Origin: a bacterium
Lineage (GTDB): Bacteria > Krumholzibacteriota > Krumholzibacteriia > LZORAL124-64-63
Length of the DNA: 64,000 nucleotides
Reading direction: 5' to 3'
Assembly: GCA_031441465.1 (NCBI GenBank)
Contig: JANOEP010000011.1
Span: 64,001 to 128,000 of the forward strand
Part shown: positions 20,005-29,872 of the stretch, in pieces
How positions within the stretch are numbered: position 1 is the first letter of the stretch
Layout: every line of letters starts with the position of its first letter
Program-made: the position numbers and the translations under genes
Notes under the pieces: model-generated
The model's database searches: none
What the model was told of the DNA's origin: nothing
The model's input: only the letters and a program-made list of their open reading frames with translations

Positions 20005-20035
20005 GAAGCCCCCGTCCGGACAGGACGGGGGCTTC
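20005..20035. terminator. Bidirectional terminator-like hairpin
   Basis: GAAGCCCCCGTCC-ggaca-GGACGGGGGCTTC between convergent genes. Confidence 0.6.
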
Positions 20036-20057
20036 TGCGTCCACCGGCGGCCGTGGG

Positions 20058-20558
20058 CTAGAGCAGGGCCTTCAGGACAGCCTCGTAGTCCGGCTCCGCC
20101 GTGGTCTCGGGGCAGAGCTGGCTGTGGGTGATCTTGCCGGCGGCGTCGATCACCAGGACCGAACGGGCCAGCAGTCCGGCCAGGGGGCCGTCGGCGATGC
20201 GCACGCCGTAGGCGCGGCCGAACCCGCCGTTGCGGAAGTCGGACACCGAGACGACGGCGTCGAGACCCTCGGCGCCGCAGAATCGCTTGTGGGCGAACGG
20301 CAGGTCCATCGAGGCGCACAGCACGACGGTGTCGGCGAGCTTGCCGGCCTCGACGTTGAAGCGGCGGACGCTCGCGGCGCACACGTCGGTGTCGATGCTC
20401 GGGAAGACGTTCAGGACGATGCGCTTGCCGCGCAGGTCGTCCAGGGTGACCTCCGAGAGATCGGTCTTGGTGAGCGTGAAGGACGGGGCGGTCGTCCCGA
20501 CGGCCGGCAGCGCGCCGACGGTGTGGAAGGGGTTGCCCTTCAGCTTGAACTCGGCCAT
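20058..20558 (-). CDS. tpx: Thiol peroxidase (atypical 2-Cys peroxiredoxin)
   Basis: FPSIDTDVCA, SMDLPFAHKRFC, EPDY. Confidence 0.95.
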   Translation of the reverse strand: MAEFKLKGNPFHTVGALPAVGTTAPSFTLTKTDLSEVTLDDLRGKRIVLNVFPSIDTDVCAASVRRFNVEAGKLADTVVLCASMDLPFAHKRFCGAEGLDAVVSVSDFRNGGFGRAYGVRIADGPLAGLLARSVLVIDAAGKITHSQLCPETTAEPDYEAVLKALL

Positions 20559-20706
20559 GGCGGTCTCCTTCAAGTGGATGTTCGCGTTCATTCCGCCCCC
20601 AATCTAGTGCCGGGGGCGCGGTTCGCCACCCCGCGACGCCGGGGACGCCGAAACGGCGGGGGCGGATCCCGCGGGATCCGCCCCCCGTCCGTCGCCGGCG
20701 GTCCGG

Positions 20707-23055
20707 TCAGGAACCGGCGGCCGCGCCGAGCATGCGCTGCAGCTCCGCCATGCGCGCCTCGTGGTCCCGCGCGAAGCGGATCACGCCCGCGGCCAGGCTC
20801 GCGGTGTCGATCCTCGCGTCCTCGCAGACGTCGTCCAGGGCGCCGCCCACGCGCCATTCGTCGTCCCAGTCGCTGCACATCGCGTAGCGGCGGGCCAGCG
20901 GGTTGAAGTCCCAGTCGTGCATGAGGCGCCGGGCCCGGTTGGTCACGAAGGTGCTGTTCATCCGGTCGGCCCCGGTGATGGTCCGCTCGCGGTAGGCCTC
21001 GTCCTGCAAGGCGAACAGTTGCGGGCACGGGACGGCCACCAGCTTGATGTTCACGCCGGCCTTGTCGATCTCGGGCAGGGCGCGGATGAGGTTGTAGGTC
21101 GACATCGTGCCCTGCACGAAGAAGCAGCCCTGCCGGGGCCGGCCCTCCCGGTAATCGCGCAGGATGTAGGCGCCGCGCGCCGCTTCGAGGTGCGAGGCGA
21201 GACCCAGCGCCCGGCGGTCCACCGTCTCGATGGAGGGGCGGGTGAGGTGCAGCGCGACGATGGGCGCGTCGGTGAGCAAGGCCGCCGCCAGCAGCACCGG
21301 CACCTCGTTGAACTCGTAGGGGTGCAGGTCCATGACCTTGCCGTCGGGGAAGAGTTGCGTCACGCCGGGCGAGTAGACGCCGAAATGGGTCCGCGAATCC
21401 TCGGCCGTCTCGGGCCCGCTGTGGCCGGCGATCCAGATCGTCTTGCCGATCTTCAGCTCGCAGTCCGCCGCCAGCTGGCTGTACAGGCGCATGGGGCCGT
21501 ACTTCAGGTAGCTGAACGCGCCGTAGGTGGAGCAGGCGGTGTAGAAACCGTTGAACTCCTGTTCGGGCCGGTCGCTGAAGTTGACGCTGGCCGCGCCGAC
21601 GCACAGGCTCGCGTTCTGGAACTCGGTGATCTCCTGGGGCAGGACCACGCCCTCGGGCGCCGAGTCCCGCTCGTACCAGCCGTAGTTCGGTTTGTCCTCG
21701 TAGCTCTCGCCGAAGCCCGCGATGTTGGTCGAGCCGGCGAGGTCCGCCGAGCAGACCAGGAACAGGGGCCGGCCGTACTTCTCGCGGCAGGTGGCGTTGA
21801 TCCAGCTGCCCCAGCGCGACAGCGCGGCGCGGTTGGGCTGGTTCTCGCCGGGCTTGGCCCACATCCCCGCCGGGTACTGGGCGACGTCGAACAGGGCCGG
21901 GTCCCGCAGCGGGTTCTGCGTTATGGGGATCCGGAAGCCCTTCAGCTCGGCGGGCACGCTGTCGCCCAGCTCGACCAGACGGTCGGCGAGCCAGGCCACG
22001 GTGGCGTCGTTCTGGCGCAAGGCGTCGAGGGCGACGTTCAGGTTCGCCGCGAACTGCTCGCGCAGGGCGGTCTTGTCCTTGGGCGCCGGCTGGTCCTGGC
22101 CGGCCCAGGTCACGCCGTACTTCTGGGCGAAATCCGCGCGGCACTGCCAGAACAGATCGCTGTTGAGGGCGTGGGGCGAGCCGTGGCTCTTGTTGTCGAA
22201 CTTGTGATAGCCGCGCCCCTTGCGGGTCCGGCCCCACGTCATGCCCGGCCGCTGCCGCGGGTTGTCGCCTTCGACCATCTCCAGGATGGCGCGCGTGACG
22301 TCGGTCCAGTCGCTGCCGTCGGGCGCCTCGTGGGTGTGCCAGCCGTAGGGGGCGAACCAGTCCTGCGGCGAACCGTGGACCACCGAGGAGATCTTCTGGT
22401 CGTCGATGCCGTAGTCGTTCCAGTCCACCAGCACGAACATGTTGTCCAGGCCCAGGCCGTAGCCGGTGTTCTTCATCTCGTGCCAGCAACCGGCGGTCAG
22501 GCCGCCCTCGCCCTCGATGCCGAAGACCTTGACCCCGTCGGCACCGGCGCGCTTGAGCGCCAGGGCCTCGCCGCACATCACCGGGCCGCCGTGGCCGCTC
22601 GGTCCCGTGTTGAACTTCACGAACAGGTTGTTGCCGGCCATCTCGACGTGTCCCGGCAGCCCGCCGTGATTGCGGAACTCCAGGAGGTTCTCCCAGGTCA
22701 GCTGGCGCTCCGGCGCGCCCGGCACCAGGTACTTCGGGTCGCCGGTGCGGCGGTGCATCTCGCGCAGGGCTTCGTTCAAGACGGCCATGGTGCCGTAGAC
22801 CAGCGGCGCGGTGTGGCCGGCCACCAGGATGAACCGGTCGCCGAAGCGCTTGCCGGGGTTGCGGATGTCCCAGCGCATGGCGCCGCCGAGCAGCAGGCTG
22901 ACGAACATGTGGACCTTCGAGCGGCTGCCACCGGGGTGCCCGCTCTGGCGGTAGTTCAGCATGAGGTCGATCTGCTGATCGATGACGTCCTTGATCAGTT
23001 CCCAGTGCCGGAAATTCGGCTGCTGGGCCTGGAAGAGATGGTCGACCTTGGACAC
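20707..23055 (-). CDS. Transketolase (divergent)
   Basis: SGHPGG, TGPSGHG, SADLAGS, GHSGPETAEDSRTH; GTG start after GAGAGGAG. Confidence 0.85.
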   Translation of the reverse strand: MSKVDHLFQAQQPNFRHWELIKDVIDQQIDLMLNYRQSGHPGGSRSKVHMFVSLLLGGAMRWDIRNPGKRFGDRFILVAGHTAPLVYGTMAVLNEALREMHRRTGDPKYLVPGAPERQLTWENLLEFRNHGGLPGHVEMAGNNLFVKFNTGPSGHGGPVMCGEALALKRAGADGVKVFGIEGEGGLTAGCWHEMKNTGYGLGLDNMFVLVDWNDYGIDDQKISSVVHGSPQDWFAPYGWHTHEAPDGSDWTDVTRAILEMVEGDNPRQRPGMTWGRTRKGRGYHKFDNKSHGSPHALNSDLFWQCRADFAQKYGVTWAGQDQPAPKDKTALREQFAANLNVALDALRQNDATVAWLADRLVELGDSVPAELKGFRIPITQNPLRDPALFDVAQYPAGMWAKPGENQPNRAALSRWGSWINATCREKYGRPLFLVCSADLAGSTNIAGFGESYEDKPNYGWYERDSAPEGVVLPQEITEFQNASLCVGAASVNFSDRPEQEFNGFYTACSTYGAFSYLKYGPMRLYSQLAADCELKIGKTIWIAGHSGPETAEDSRTHFGVYSPGVTQLFPDGKVMDLHPYEFNEVPVLLAAALLTDAPIVALHLTRPSIETVDRRALGLASHLEAARGAYILRDYREGRPRQGCFFVQGTMSTYNLIRALPEIDKAGVNIKLVAVPCPQLFALQDEAYRERTITGADRMNSTFVTNRARRLMHDWDFNPLARRYAMCSDWDDEWRVGGALDDVCEDARIDTASLAAGVIRFARDHEARMAELQRMLGAAAGS

Positions 23056-23173
23056 GCTGGTCTCCTCTCGGGACTGGTCCGGCGGGGTGCGCGGGTCGCC
23101 GCAGGGTAGGGGCGGTGTCGGAAATTTGCCAGTCGCCCGCGACCTCTGCAAGGGAATTCGGCCGCAGCCGGGT

Positions 23174-23758
23174 TCAGGCGCAGGGGTGACCCAGGTGGTA
23201 GGTCTGCAGGATGGCGGCCGCCGCCCGCGCGTCGTCGACGGCCCGGTGCAGCTCGAAACCCCCGCAGATGCCCATCTTCTCGAGGATCGATTCGAGGTTC
23301 TGGCCGCTGGTGCGGTGGTGGTTCGCGGCCAGCCAGGCGGTCGCCACGGCCCGGATGTCGAAGGCGCCGCCGGCGATGTGCGTGCGGTAATCCAGGCCGC
23401 AGGCCTCGCACTCCCGCCGCAGCAGCGGGATGTCGTAGTAGACGCCGAAGGCGGCGATCATCGAGCGGTTGCGCGGTCCGTACCAGTCCAGGAAACGCCG
23501 GCCGACGACCGCGAAATCCGGGCGGTCGGCGACCATTTCCGGCGTGATCGAGGTCAGGCGCGTGATGAAGGGGGTGACCGGGTATTCCCGGGGCCGGACC
23601 AGCTCGCTGAAGACGTCGACGGTCTCGAGACTGCGGCGGTCCAGGCGGACGGCGCCGATCTCGATGATGTTGCTGCGCTCGACGGTGTTGTCGCCCTCGT
23701 CGGATTCGGGACAGGTGGCCTCGAGGTCGATCACGACGATGTCGGCGGAGTAGCGCAA
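23174..23758 (-). CDS. DEDDh 3'-5' exonuclease (ERI1/KapD-like)
   Basis: VIDLEATC, IIEIGAV, LHRAVDDA; TTG start after GGAGGG. Confidence 0.85.
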   Translation of the reverse strand: MRYSADIVVIDLEATCPESDEGDNTVERSNIIEIGAVRLDRRSLETVDVFSELVRPREYPVTPFITRLTSITPEMVADRPDFAVVGRRFLDWYGPRNRSMIAAFGVYYDIPLLRRECEACGLDYRTHIAGGAFDIRAVATAWLAANHHRTSGQNLESILEKMGICGGFELHRAVDDARAAAAILQTYHLGHPCA

Positions 23759-23866
23759 GATTCCCTCCGGGATGCGGGCACGCGGCGGCCGCCACCGTAG
23801 CACGGCCGCGCCCGTCGCGCCAAGTCCGCGATTGACGGCGGATGGCGAGCGATTACTGTAGACCGC

Positions 23867-25768
23867 ATGCAGACCTACCTGCGCGTCTTGCGACTCGTGC
23901 GCCCGTACCTGCCTCAGGTGCTGGTGTCGATGACCTTCATGGCCGTCTTCTCGTTGCTGAGCGGCCTGAGCATCGTCATGCTCGCCCCCTTCCTCGACGC
24001 CCTGTTCGCCCCCGAGAACGCCACCTTCGTCGCCGCGCCGCCCCCCGTGGCGACGACCGCGCCGGCCGACACCCTCGCCGCCGCCGTCGCCGACCTCGGC
24101 GGGCGGGTGCAGCAGTTGCAGGACTCCTTCTCCATGAGCGGCCTGCGCGACCGGTTGCAGGGCGCGCTGAACGGCTGGCTGCTGCGCGGCTCGAAGGCAG
24201 AGTCCCTGTGGCGCATCGTGGTGGTGTTCTTCTGCCTGATGCTGCTGAAGAACGTCGCCGGCTACCTGCAGGCCGTGTTCACCGACTACGTCCAGCTCAG
24301 CCTGATCCGGGACCTGCGCAACCGCCTCTACGAGCGCTTCACCGAGCTGCCGCTGGCGTTCTACCACCGGCACCGCGCCGGCGAGCTGATCAGCCGCGCC
24401 ACCAACGACGTCCTGGTCGTCAACCGCAGCGTCAACGTCAGCTTCACCAACACGGCGCGCGATCCGCTGCTGGTCGTGATGTACCTGGGATTGGCCGTGC
24501 TGCTGAGCTGGAAGCTGACCCTGGTGGCGCTGGTCCTGCTGCCGCTGAGCCTGGTGATCATCGTGCGCATCGGCAAGACCCTGCGGCGGTACAGCCGGCG
24601 CCAGCAGGAGAAGATGGCCGTGCTGACCTCGCGCCTGCAGGAGACCATCGCGGGCATCCGGGTCGTCAAGGCCTTCACCAACGAGCCGGCCGAGAACGCC
24701 CGCTTCCGCGCCGAGTCGCAGATGCTGTTCCGCGACCTGTTCAAGATCGCCCGCGCGCAGCAGATCTCGTCGCCCCTGACCGAGCAGCTCTCGGTGCTGG
24801 TCGGCCTGTTCATCCTCTGGTACGGCGGCCGGCAGGTCCTGGCCGGCGGCGAGCTGCCGCCCCAGCTGTTCATGCTGTTCCTGTTCTGCATCTTCTCCCT
24901 GGGCAAGCCCATCAAGGCGCTCAGCCAGGTCAACAACGCCGTCCAGGAGGGTATCGCCGCCGCCGAGCGCGTGTTCGCGATCCTGGACGAACCCCAGACG
25001 GTGGTCGAGAAGCCGGACGCGCTCGTGCTGGACGCGGTGCGCGGCGAGGTGGAGCTGCGCGGGGTGCGCTTCAGCTACGACACCGGCGAGGAGGTCCTGC
25101 GCGGCGTGGACCTGCACGTGCGGCCGGGGGAGGTGGTGGCCCTGGTCGGCCCCAGCGGGGCGGGCAAGTCGACGCTGATCGACCTGATCCCGCGGTTCTA
25201 CGAGGCCACGGCGGGCGCCGTGCTGGTCGACGGCCACGACGTGCGCGACGTGACCCTGGCCTCGCTGCGCGGCGCCATGGGTCTGGTGACGCAGGAAGTC
25301 ATCCTGTTCAACGACTCCGTGCGCAACAACATCGCCTACGGCATGGCCTCGGCGCGGCAGGAGGAGATCGAGGCGGCGGCGAGCGCGGCCAACGCCCTGG
25401 ACTTCATCCAGCAGCTGCCCCGGGGTTTCGACACGGTCATCGGCGACCGGGGCCTCAAGCTCTCCGGCGGGCAGCGGCAACGGCTCTCGATCGCCCGGGC
25501 CATCCTGAAGAACCCGCCGATCCTGATTCTCGACGAGGCGACCAGCGCGCTGGACACCGAGAGCGAGCTGCTGGTCCAGCAGGCCATCGACCGTCTGGTG
25601 CGCAACCGCACGACCATCGTCATCGCCCACCGGCTCAGCACCATCCAGAACGCCGATCGCATCTGCGTGCTCCAGGCGGGCCGCATCGTCCAGATGGGCT
25701 CCCACGTAGAGCTCCTGGCCCGCGGCGGCCCCTACCGCCAACTGCACGACCTCCAGTTCCGGGCCTGA
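23867..25768 (+). CDS. MsbA-like ABC exporter (permease + ATPase)
   Basis: TM domain plus GPSGAGKST, LSGGQRQR, LDEATSALD. Confidence 0.93.
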   Translation: MQTYLRVLRLVRPYLPQVLVSMTFMAVFSLLSGLSIVMLAPFLDALFAPENATFVAAPPPVATTAPADTLAAAVADLGGRVQQLQDSFSMSGLRDRLQGALNGWLLRGSKAESLWRIVVVFFCLMLLKNVAGYLQAVFTDYVQLSLIRDLRNRLYERFTELPLAFYHRHRAGELISRATNDVLVVNRSVNVSFTNTARDPLLVVMYLGLAVLLSWKLTLVALVLLPLSLVIIVRIGKTLRRYSRRQQEKMAVLTSRLQETIAGIRVVKAFTNEPAENARFRAESQMLFRDLFKIARAQQISSPLTEQLSVLVGLFILWYGGRQVLAGGELPPQLFMLFLFCIFSLGKPIKALSQVNNAVQEGIAAAERVFAILDEPQTVVEKPDALVLDAVRGEVELRGVRFSYDTGEEVLRGVDLHVRPGEVVALVGPSGAGKSTLIDLIPRFYEATAGAVLVDGHDVRDVTLASLRGAMGLVTQEVILFNDSVRNNIAYGMASARQEEIEAAASAANALDFIQQLPRGFDTVIGDRGLKLSGGQRQRLSIARAILKNPPILILDEATSALDTESELLVQQAIDRLVRNRTTIVIAHRLSTIQNADRICVLQAGRIVQMGSHVELLARGGPYRQLHDLQFRA

Positions 25769-25850
25769 GTTTCCGGATTCCCGTGCAACTCCGGGCCGCG
25801 CGGCTGCGTAGCTACGCCACCGATCCAACGCCGCACCCGGAGGTTGAGCC

Positions 25851-26417
25851 ATGACCAGGACCCTACGACCCACCCTGTTCCTGATCGCCCTGCTGCTCGC
25901 CGCCCTCGCCGCGCTGCCCGCGGCGGCCCGCGACCGCGAGCGCGTCGTCACCGTCATCGACGAGGACGGCGAGACCTTCGTCTGCCGCTTCGAGGATGGC
26001 CAGGGCCTGCGCATCTTCGACAAGTCCTCGGGCGAGGAGGTCTTCGCCTTCGACGTCGCCGAGTTCGAGGCGACGCTCGGCGACGCGATGAAGGAGGTGC
26101 AGGCGGTGATGGCCGACCTGGACCTGGACATCCGGGCCACGTCCGGCGGCGACCACGTGGTCTTCGCCTGCGACGGCGAGACGGTCGAACTGGACCTCGA
26201 GGCCGCCATGGAGGGGGTCTTCACGACCCTGGCCGCGCTCGACGACATCGACATCGACGTCGGCGAGATCGTCCGCGAGGCCGGGGAAGAGCACGCTCAC
26301 CGTCACGACGGCGCGGGCGGCGAGATGGGTTCCCTGCAGGAGGAGCTCGACCAGCTGCGCCGCGAGATCCGGGAGTTGAAGCAGGAGATGCAGCAGGAGC
26401 GGGACAGGTCCCGCTAG
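25851..26417 (+). CDS. Hypothetical secreted acidic protein with C-terminal coiled coil
   Basis: Signal peptide LPAAA; LQEELDQLRREIRELKQEM. Confidence 0.7.
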   Translation: MTRTLRPTLFLIALLLAALAALPAAARDRERVVTVIDEDGETFVCRFEDGQGLRIFDKSSGEEVFAFDVAEFEATLGDAMKEVQAVMADLDLDIRATSGGDHVVFACDGETVELDLEAAMEGVFTTLAALDDIDIDVGEIVREAGEEHAHRHDGAGGEMGSLQEELDQLRREIRELKQEMQQERDRSR

Positions 26418-27115
26418 ACGGCGCCGTCGCGGTCGTCCAGCGGCAGCGTCAGCCAACCCAGCGGGCCGTCGACCGTCCAGTCGGCGGCCCGCAGTTCTGC
26501 CGTCGTCCCGAAGCCGTAGAGGCAGCCGACCGTCCGCGCCCCGGCCGCCCGCCCGGCGTCGAGATCGCTGGCGCGGTCCCCGACGACCACCGTGCGCGAC
26601 GGGTCGGCGGCCAGGACGCGCACCATGCCGGTCTTGTCGGTGGCCAGGCCCTGTGCCTCGGCTTCCCCGATGCAGAGCGAGCGCGCGAAGAAGCGGTCCA
26701 GGCCGTGAGCGGCGACGATCCCCCGGAAGTAGGGCGCGTCGGCGTTGGAGAACAGCAGCAATTCGTGGCCGCGGTCCCTCAGCCCGCCGAGGGCGGCTTC
26801 GACGCCGTCGTAGAGGGCGGTGCCGCCCGCCCGGATCGCGACGATTTCCTCTTCCGAAGTGAAGCGGGCGTACGCCGCCGCGAACTCGGCGCGCCGCGGG
26901 CCGGGCACCGTCCGCGGCGGGAAGGCCCGGGCAAAGTACTCCCGGCCGGGCAGGCCCATGCAGTCCTCGATCAGGCCGAGGTCCGGTGCGGCCGGCGGCA
27001 GGCCGCAGTGGGCGTAGGCGCGCCCGAGCGCCGCGGCCACGGCGCCGACGACGGCGCGCCGGCTGTCCAGCAGAGTCCCGTCCATGTCGAACAGGAAGGC
27101 GTAGGGGACCGTCAC
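26414..27115 (-). CDS. HAD-family hydrolase (phosphoglycolate phosphatase-like)
   Basis: FDMDGTLLDS, VVGDRASD, YGFG. Confidence 0.88.
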   Translation of the reverse strand: MTVPYAFLFDMDGTLLDSRRAVVGAVAAALGRAYAHCGLPPAAPDLGLIEDCMGLPGREYFARAFPPRTVPGPRRAEFAAAYARFTSEEEIVAIRAGGTALYDGVEAALGGLRDRGHELLLFSNADAPYFRGIVAAHGLDRFFARSLCIGEAEAQGLATDKTGMVRVLAADPSRTVVVGDRASDLDAGRAAGARTVGCLYGFGTTAELRAADWTVDGPLGWLTLPLDDRDGAV

Positions 27116-27343
27116 TCAGCCACGCTCCCTCAGCAGCCGGGCCACCTCGCCCGGTTCGGCGTGACGTCCGGTCTCCCGCTTGGAATAGACGAGGTCGCCG
27201 TCGGCGACGACCTCGAAGACGCCGCCGCTGGAGGGGATCATCTCGGCCGCGATCCCGAACTCCCGCGCCAGCTCCGCCGCCAGACCGGCGGCGATGGGGT
27301 CGTAGTTTCAGGTCCGGCAGAACTCGATGCTCAGCTTCTTCAC
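27116..27343 (-). CDS. SelW/Rdx-family selenoprotein (CxxU)
   Basis: MKKLSIEFCRT-TGA(27310-27308)-NYDPIAAGLAAELAREFG...GGVFEVVADGDLVYSKRETGRHAEPGEV. The Rdx fold continues across the in-frame TGA; GGAGG RBS. Confidence 0.9.
27275..27293 (-). promoter_or_regulatory. Bacterial SECIS hairpin
   Basis: CGCCGCC-GGUCU-GGCGGCG starting about 14 nt after the UGA, with a G-containing apical loop. Confidence 0.75.
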
Positions 27344-27357
27344 GGTTGGCCTCCGGT

Positions 27358-28530
27358 TCAGAACTCGATCAGCAGCTTCGGCCACTGGGCGAGCTTCGCT
27401 GAAAACGCGTCGGGCTTGAAGTCGTCGATGTGCACGAGGGTCTCGTGGCCGCCGGCGAGGATGTCCTCGAGGATGTGCTTCTGGATGCCGTTGCTGCGGT
27501 CCTCGAGCAGGTTGCGCGTGATGTGCCAGGTCTCGAAGATGCGCCGGCCGACGACGCTGCGCAGGGTCAGGCCGTTGACGATCATGCGGTCGAGGTCCTG
27601 GATGTGGAAGTTGCCCTGCTTCAGGCCGAACAGCACGACCTCGCCGCCGCGGCGCGTCGACTGGATCGCGTTGTTGACGCTGCTGTTGAAGCCGGCCATC
27701 TCCAGCGAGACGTCCGCGCCGATGCCGCGCGAGGCTTCGCGCACGGCCCGCACGACGTCCTTGTCGGCGGCCCAGCCGTGGGCGGCCGCCTTCGCCGCGT
27801 CGAACCCGATCACCTCGTCGGCGCCCAGCGACAGGGCCAGCTCGCGGTTTTTGGCGACCGGCTCGACGCCGATGACGCGCGTGGCGCCCAGGGCCTTGGC
27901 GATCATGATCACGAACAGGCCGATCGTGCCGCAGCCGAACACGGCGACCGTCTTGCCCCGCAGGTCGGCCGCGGTGCAGGCGTGCACGGCGTTGCCGAAG
28001 GGCTCCTGCACGGCGGCCACCTTCAGCTTGATCTTGCGGCGGTCGGTGGGCCACAGCACGCCGGCGGGCAGCTTGATGTACTCGGCGAAGCAGCCGTCGC
28101 GGCTGATGCCGATGATCTGGTCGCGGGCGCAGATGTGGGTCTGGCCGATCTGGCACTGGTAGCACGTGCCGCAGATGATGTGCGACTCGGTCGAGACGAG
28201 GTCCTTGGGGCGGTAGCCGTGGCGCGCCTGCACGCGCGAGCCCGTCTCGACGATCTCGCCGATCATCTCGTGGCCGATGATGCGGGTGGTCGCGTTTTCG
28301 CGCTTGAGGCTCTCGAAGATGTGGCCCTTGAAGGCCGTGCGGTGCCAGATCCCGCGGTCGCTGCCGCAGAAGCCGGCGTAGATGACCTTGACGATCACGC
28401 GGTCGCCGTCGGACGGGTCGTGCGACTCGTCCAGCTCGGGGCGGGGCATTTCCTGCTTGATGAAGCCGCGGGTGGTGTCCCACGGCATGGTGGCCTTGTC
28501 GTAGACCAGGGCCTTCATCGTCTTCGGCAT
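27358..28530 (-). CDS. tdh: L-threonine 3-dehydrogenase-like zinc-binding dehydrogenase
   Basis: CGSD, IGHE, ESHIICGTCYQC...HIC, QEPFGNAVH, GRRIFETW. Confidence 0.75.
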   Translation of the reverse strand: MPKTMKALVYDKATMPWDTTRGFIKQEMPRPELDESHDPSDGDRVIVKVIYAGFCGSDRGIWHRTAFKGHIFESLKRENATTRIIGHEMIGEIVETGSRVQARHGYRPKDLVSTESHIICGTCYQCQIGQTHICARDQIIGISRDGCFAEYIKLPAGVLWPTDRRKIKLKVAAVQEPFGNAVHACTAADLRGKTVAVFGCGTIGLFVIMIAKALGATRVIGVEPVAKNRELALSLGADEVIGFDAAKAAAHGWAADKDVVRAVREASRGIGADVSLEMAGFNSSVNNAIQSTRRGGEVVLFGLKQGNFHIQDLDRMIVNGLTLRSVVGRRIFETWHITRNLLEDRSNGIQKHILEDILAGGHETLVHIDDFKPDAFSAKLAQWPKLLIEF

Positions 28531-28638
28531 GGGGGGGAACCTCCTTGGCGCCCGGAAAGGCGGCGGCCGTCGCGACCGGCGCCGCCCGGACTCCAAGGTA
28601 CGCTCCCTTCGCCGCGCGATCAACCGCCGCGGCGGCTT

Positions 28639-29838
28639 TCAGTTGACGGTCTCGTAATAGTCGTCCCCGTAGCCCCAGCCGCCCTCCTCGTGGCGGCCGC
28701 GGGCGCCGTGCTCCTCCTCCTCGAGCAGGTCGTCGAGGGAGACCAGGTCCGTGGATGCCTCGAGGACCTCGTCCTCGCGATCCAGCAACCCGGCGAAGCC
28801 CCCGGCGAGGTCGTCGCGGCGCAGATCCTCCAGCAGGCGGGCCGGGGAGCGGGGGCGCTCGTCGCTGCCGGCGGCCGACGCCAGGGCGGACAGGCGGGGC
28901 GCCTCGGCCGCGTGGGGCGTGGCGAGCGCGTGCGGGTCCGGGATCGCGGCGACGACGCGGGCGGCGGGTCGCGGGGACGGGGCGGCCGCGTCCCGGCCGC
29001 GGCGTAGGCGGCGCACCAGGATCTCGTCCATGAGGTCGAAGTAGGCGCGACTGCCGCTGGACCGGCGGTCGAAGATCACCGTCGGCCGCCCGTCGACGGC
29101 CATCTCGGAGAGGCGCGTGTTGCGCGGGACGGTGGTCTCCAGGAGGCGGTCGCCGTACTCCTCGCCCAGCATCGCGGCCACGCGCCGGCTCATCCGCGTG
29201 CGGTGGTCGGTCATGGTCAGGAACAGGCCCTCGAGGCCGGCTGCGTCGGGCGACGCCGCGCTGAACTCCCGGACGTGGTCGAGCAGGCGCGCCAGGGAGT
29301 CGCGGCTCAGCTCCTCGGCCTGGACCGGGACCAGGAAGCCGTCGGCCGCCAGCAGCGAGGCGCGCGTCAAGGCCCCGAAGCCGGGCGGGCAGTCGATCAG
29401 GATGGTGTCGTACGACGCGCGCGCGTCGTCCACGGCCGCGACGAACGAGCGGGCCTGGCTGGTCATCAGGTCCTTGTACTGCTCCTCCTCGGACATCGTC
29501 CAGGCATCGGGAGAGACGACCTGCAGCCCGGGCAACACGGTGGCGTGCGCGACGTCGGTCAGCGGCAGCCCCGTCAACAAGACTTCGCGCAGCCCGCCCC
29601 GCAGCTGTTTTGGTCCCAGGCCCAGGCTGCGCGAGAGGCCGCACTGGGGGTCGGTGCCGATCACCAGCACGCGGTGGCCGTTCAGCGCGAAGCAGGCGCC
29701 CAGGTTCACCGTCGAGGTCGTCTTGCCGACGCCCCCCTTCTGGCTGACCAGGGCCAGCACGCGGGAGGCGGAGTCGTCCCAGGGGCGGACGGCTGCGGTC
29801 GCCGACGCTTCGTCGTCGCGGGCGGAGGGGTTCAACAT
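28639..29838 (-). CDS. ParA/Soj family ATPase with long acidic C-terminal extension
   Basis: QKGGVGKTT, DPQ, IDCPP, VPRNTRLSE. Confidence 0.88.
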   Translation of the reverse strand: MLNPSARDDEASATAAVRPWDDSASRVLALVSQKGGVGKTTSTVNLGACFALNGHRVLVIGTDPQCGLSRSLGLGPKQLRGGLREVLLTGLPLTDVAHATVLPGLQVVSPDAWTMSEEEQYKDLMTSQARSFVAAVDDARASYDTILIDCPPGFGALTRASLLAADGFLVPVQAEELSRDSLARLLDHVREFSAASPDAAGLEGLFLTMTDHRTRMSRRVAAMLGEEYGDRLLETTVPRNTRLSEMAVDGRPTVIFDRRSSGSRAYFDLMDEILVRRLRRGRDAAAPSPRPAARVVAAIPDPHALATPHAAEAPRLSALASAAGSDERPRSPARLLEDLRRDDLAGGFAGLLDREDEVLEASTDLVSLDDLLEEEEHGARGRHEEGGWGYGDDYYETVN

Positions 29839-29872
29839 CGTGGTTCCTTCTGGTTGCGAGTCCAAGGATGTT

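Noticed and set aside
18204..23758. PLD and exonuclease (and the GIY-YIG gene at 47332) as an anti-phage defence island
   Set aside because: The genes are dispersed among housekeeping genes, the PLD has a signal peptide, and no partner helicase, methylase or sensor is present.
27116..27343. Pseudogene interpretation of the in-frame TGA
   Set aside because: The TGA sits at the redox CxxU position and is followed by a SECIS-like hairpin, favouring selenocysteine.
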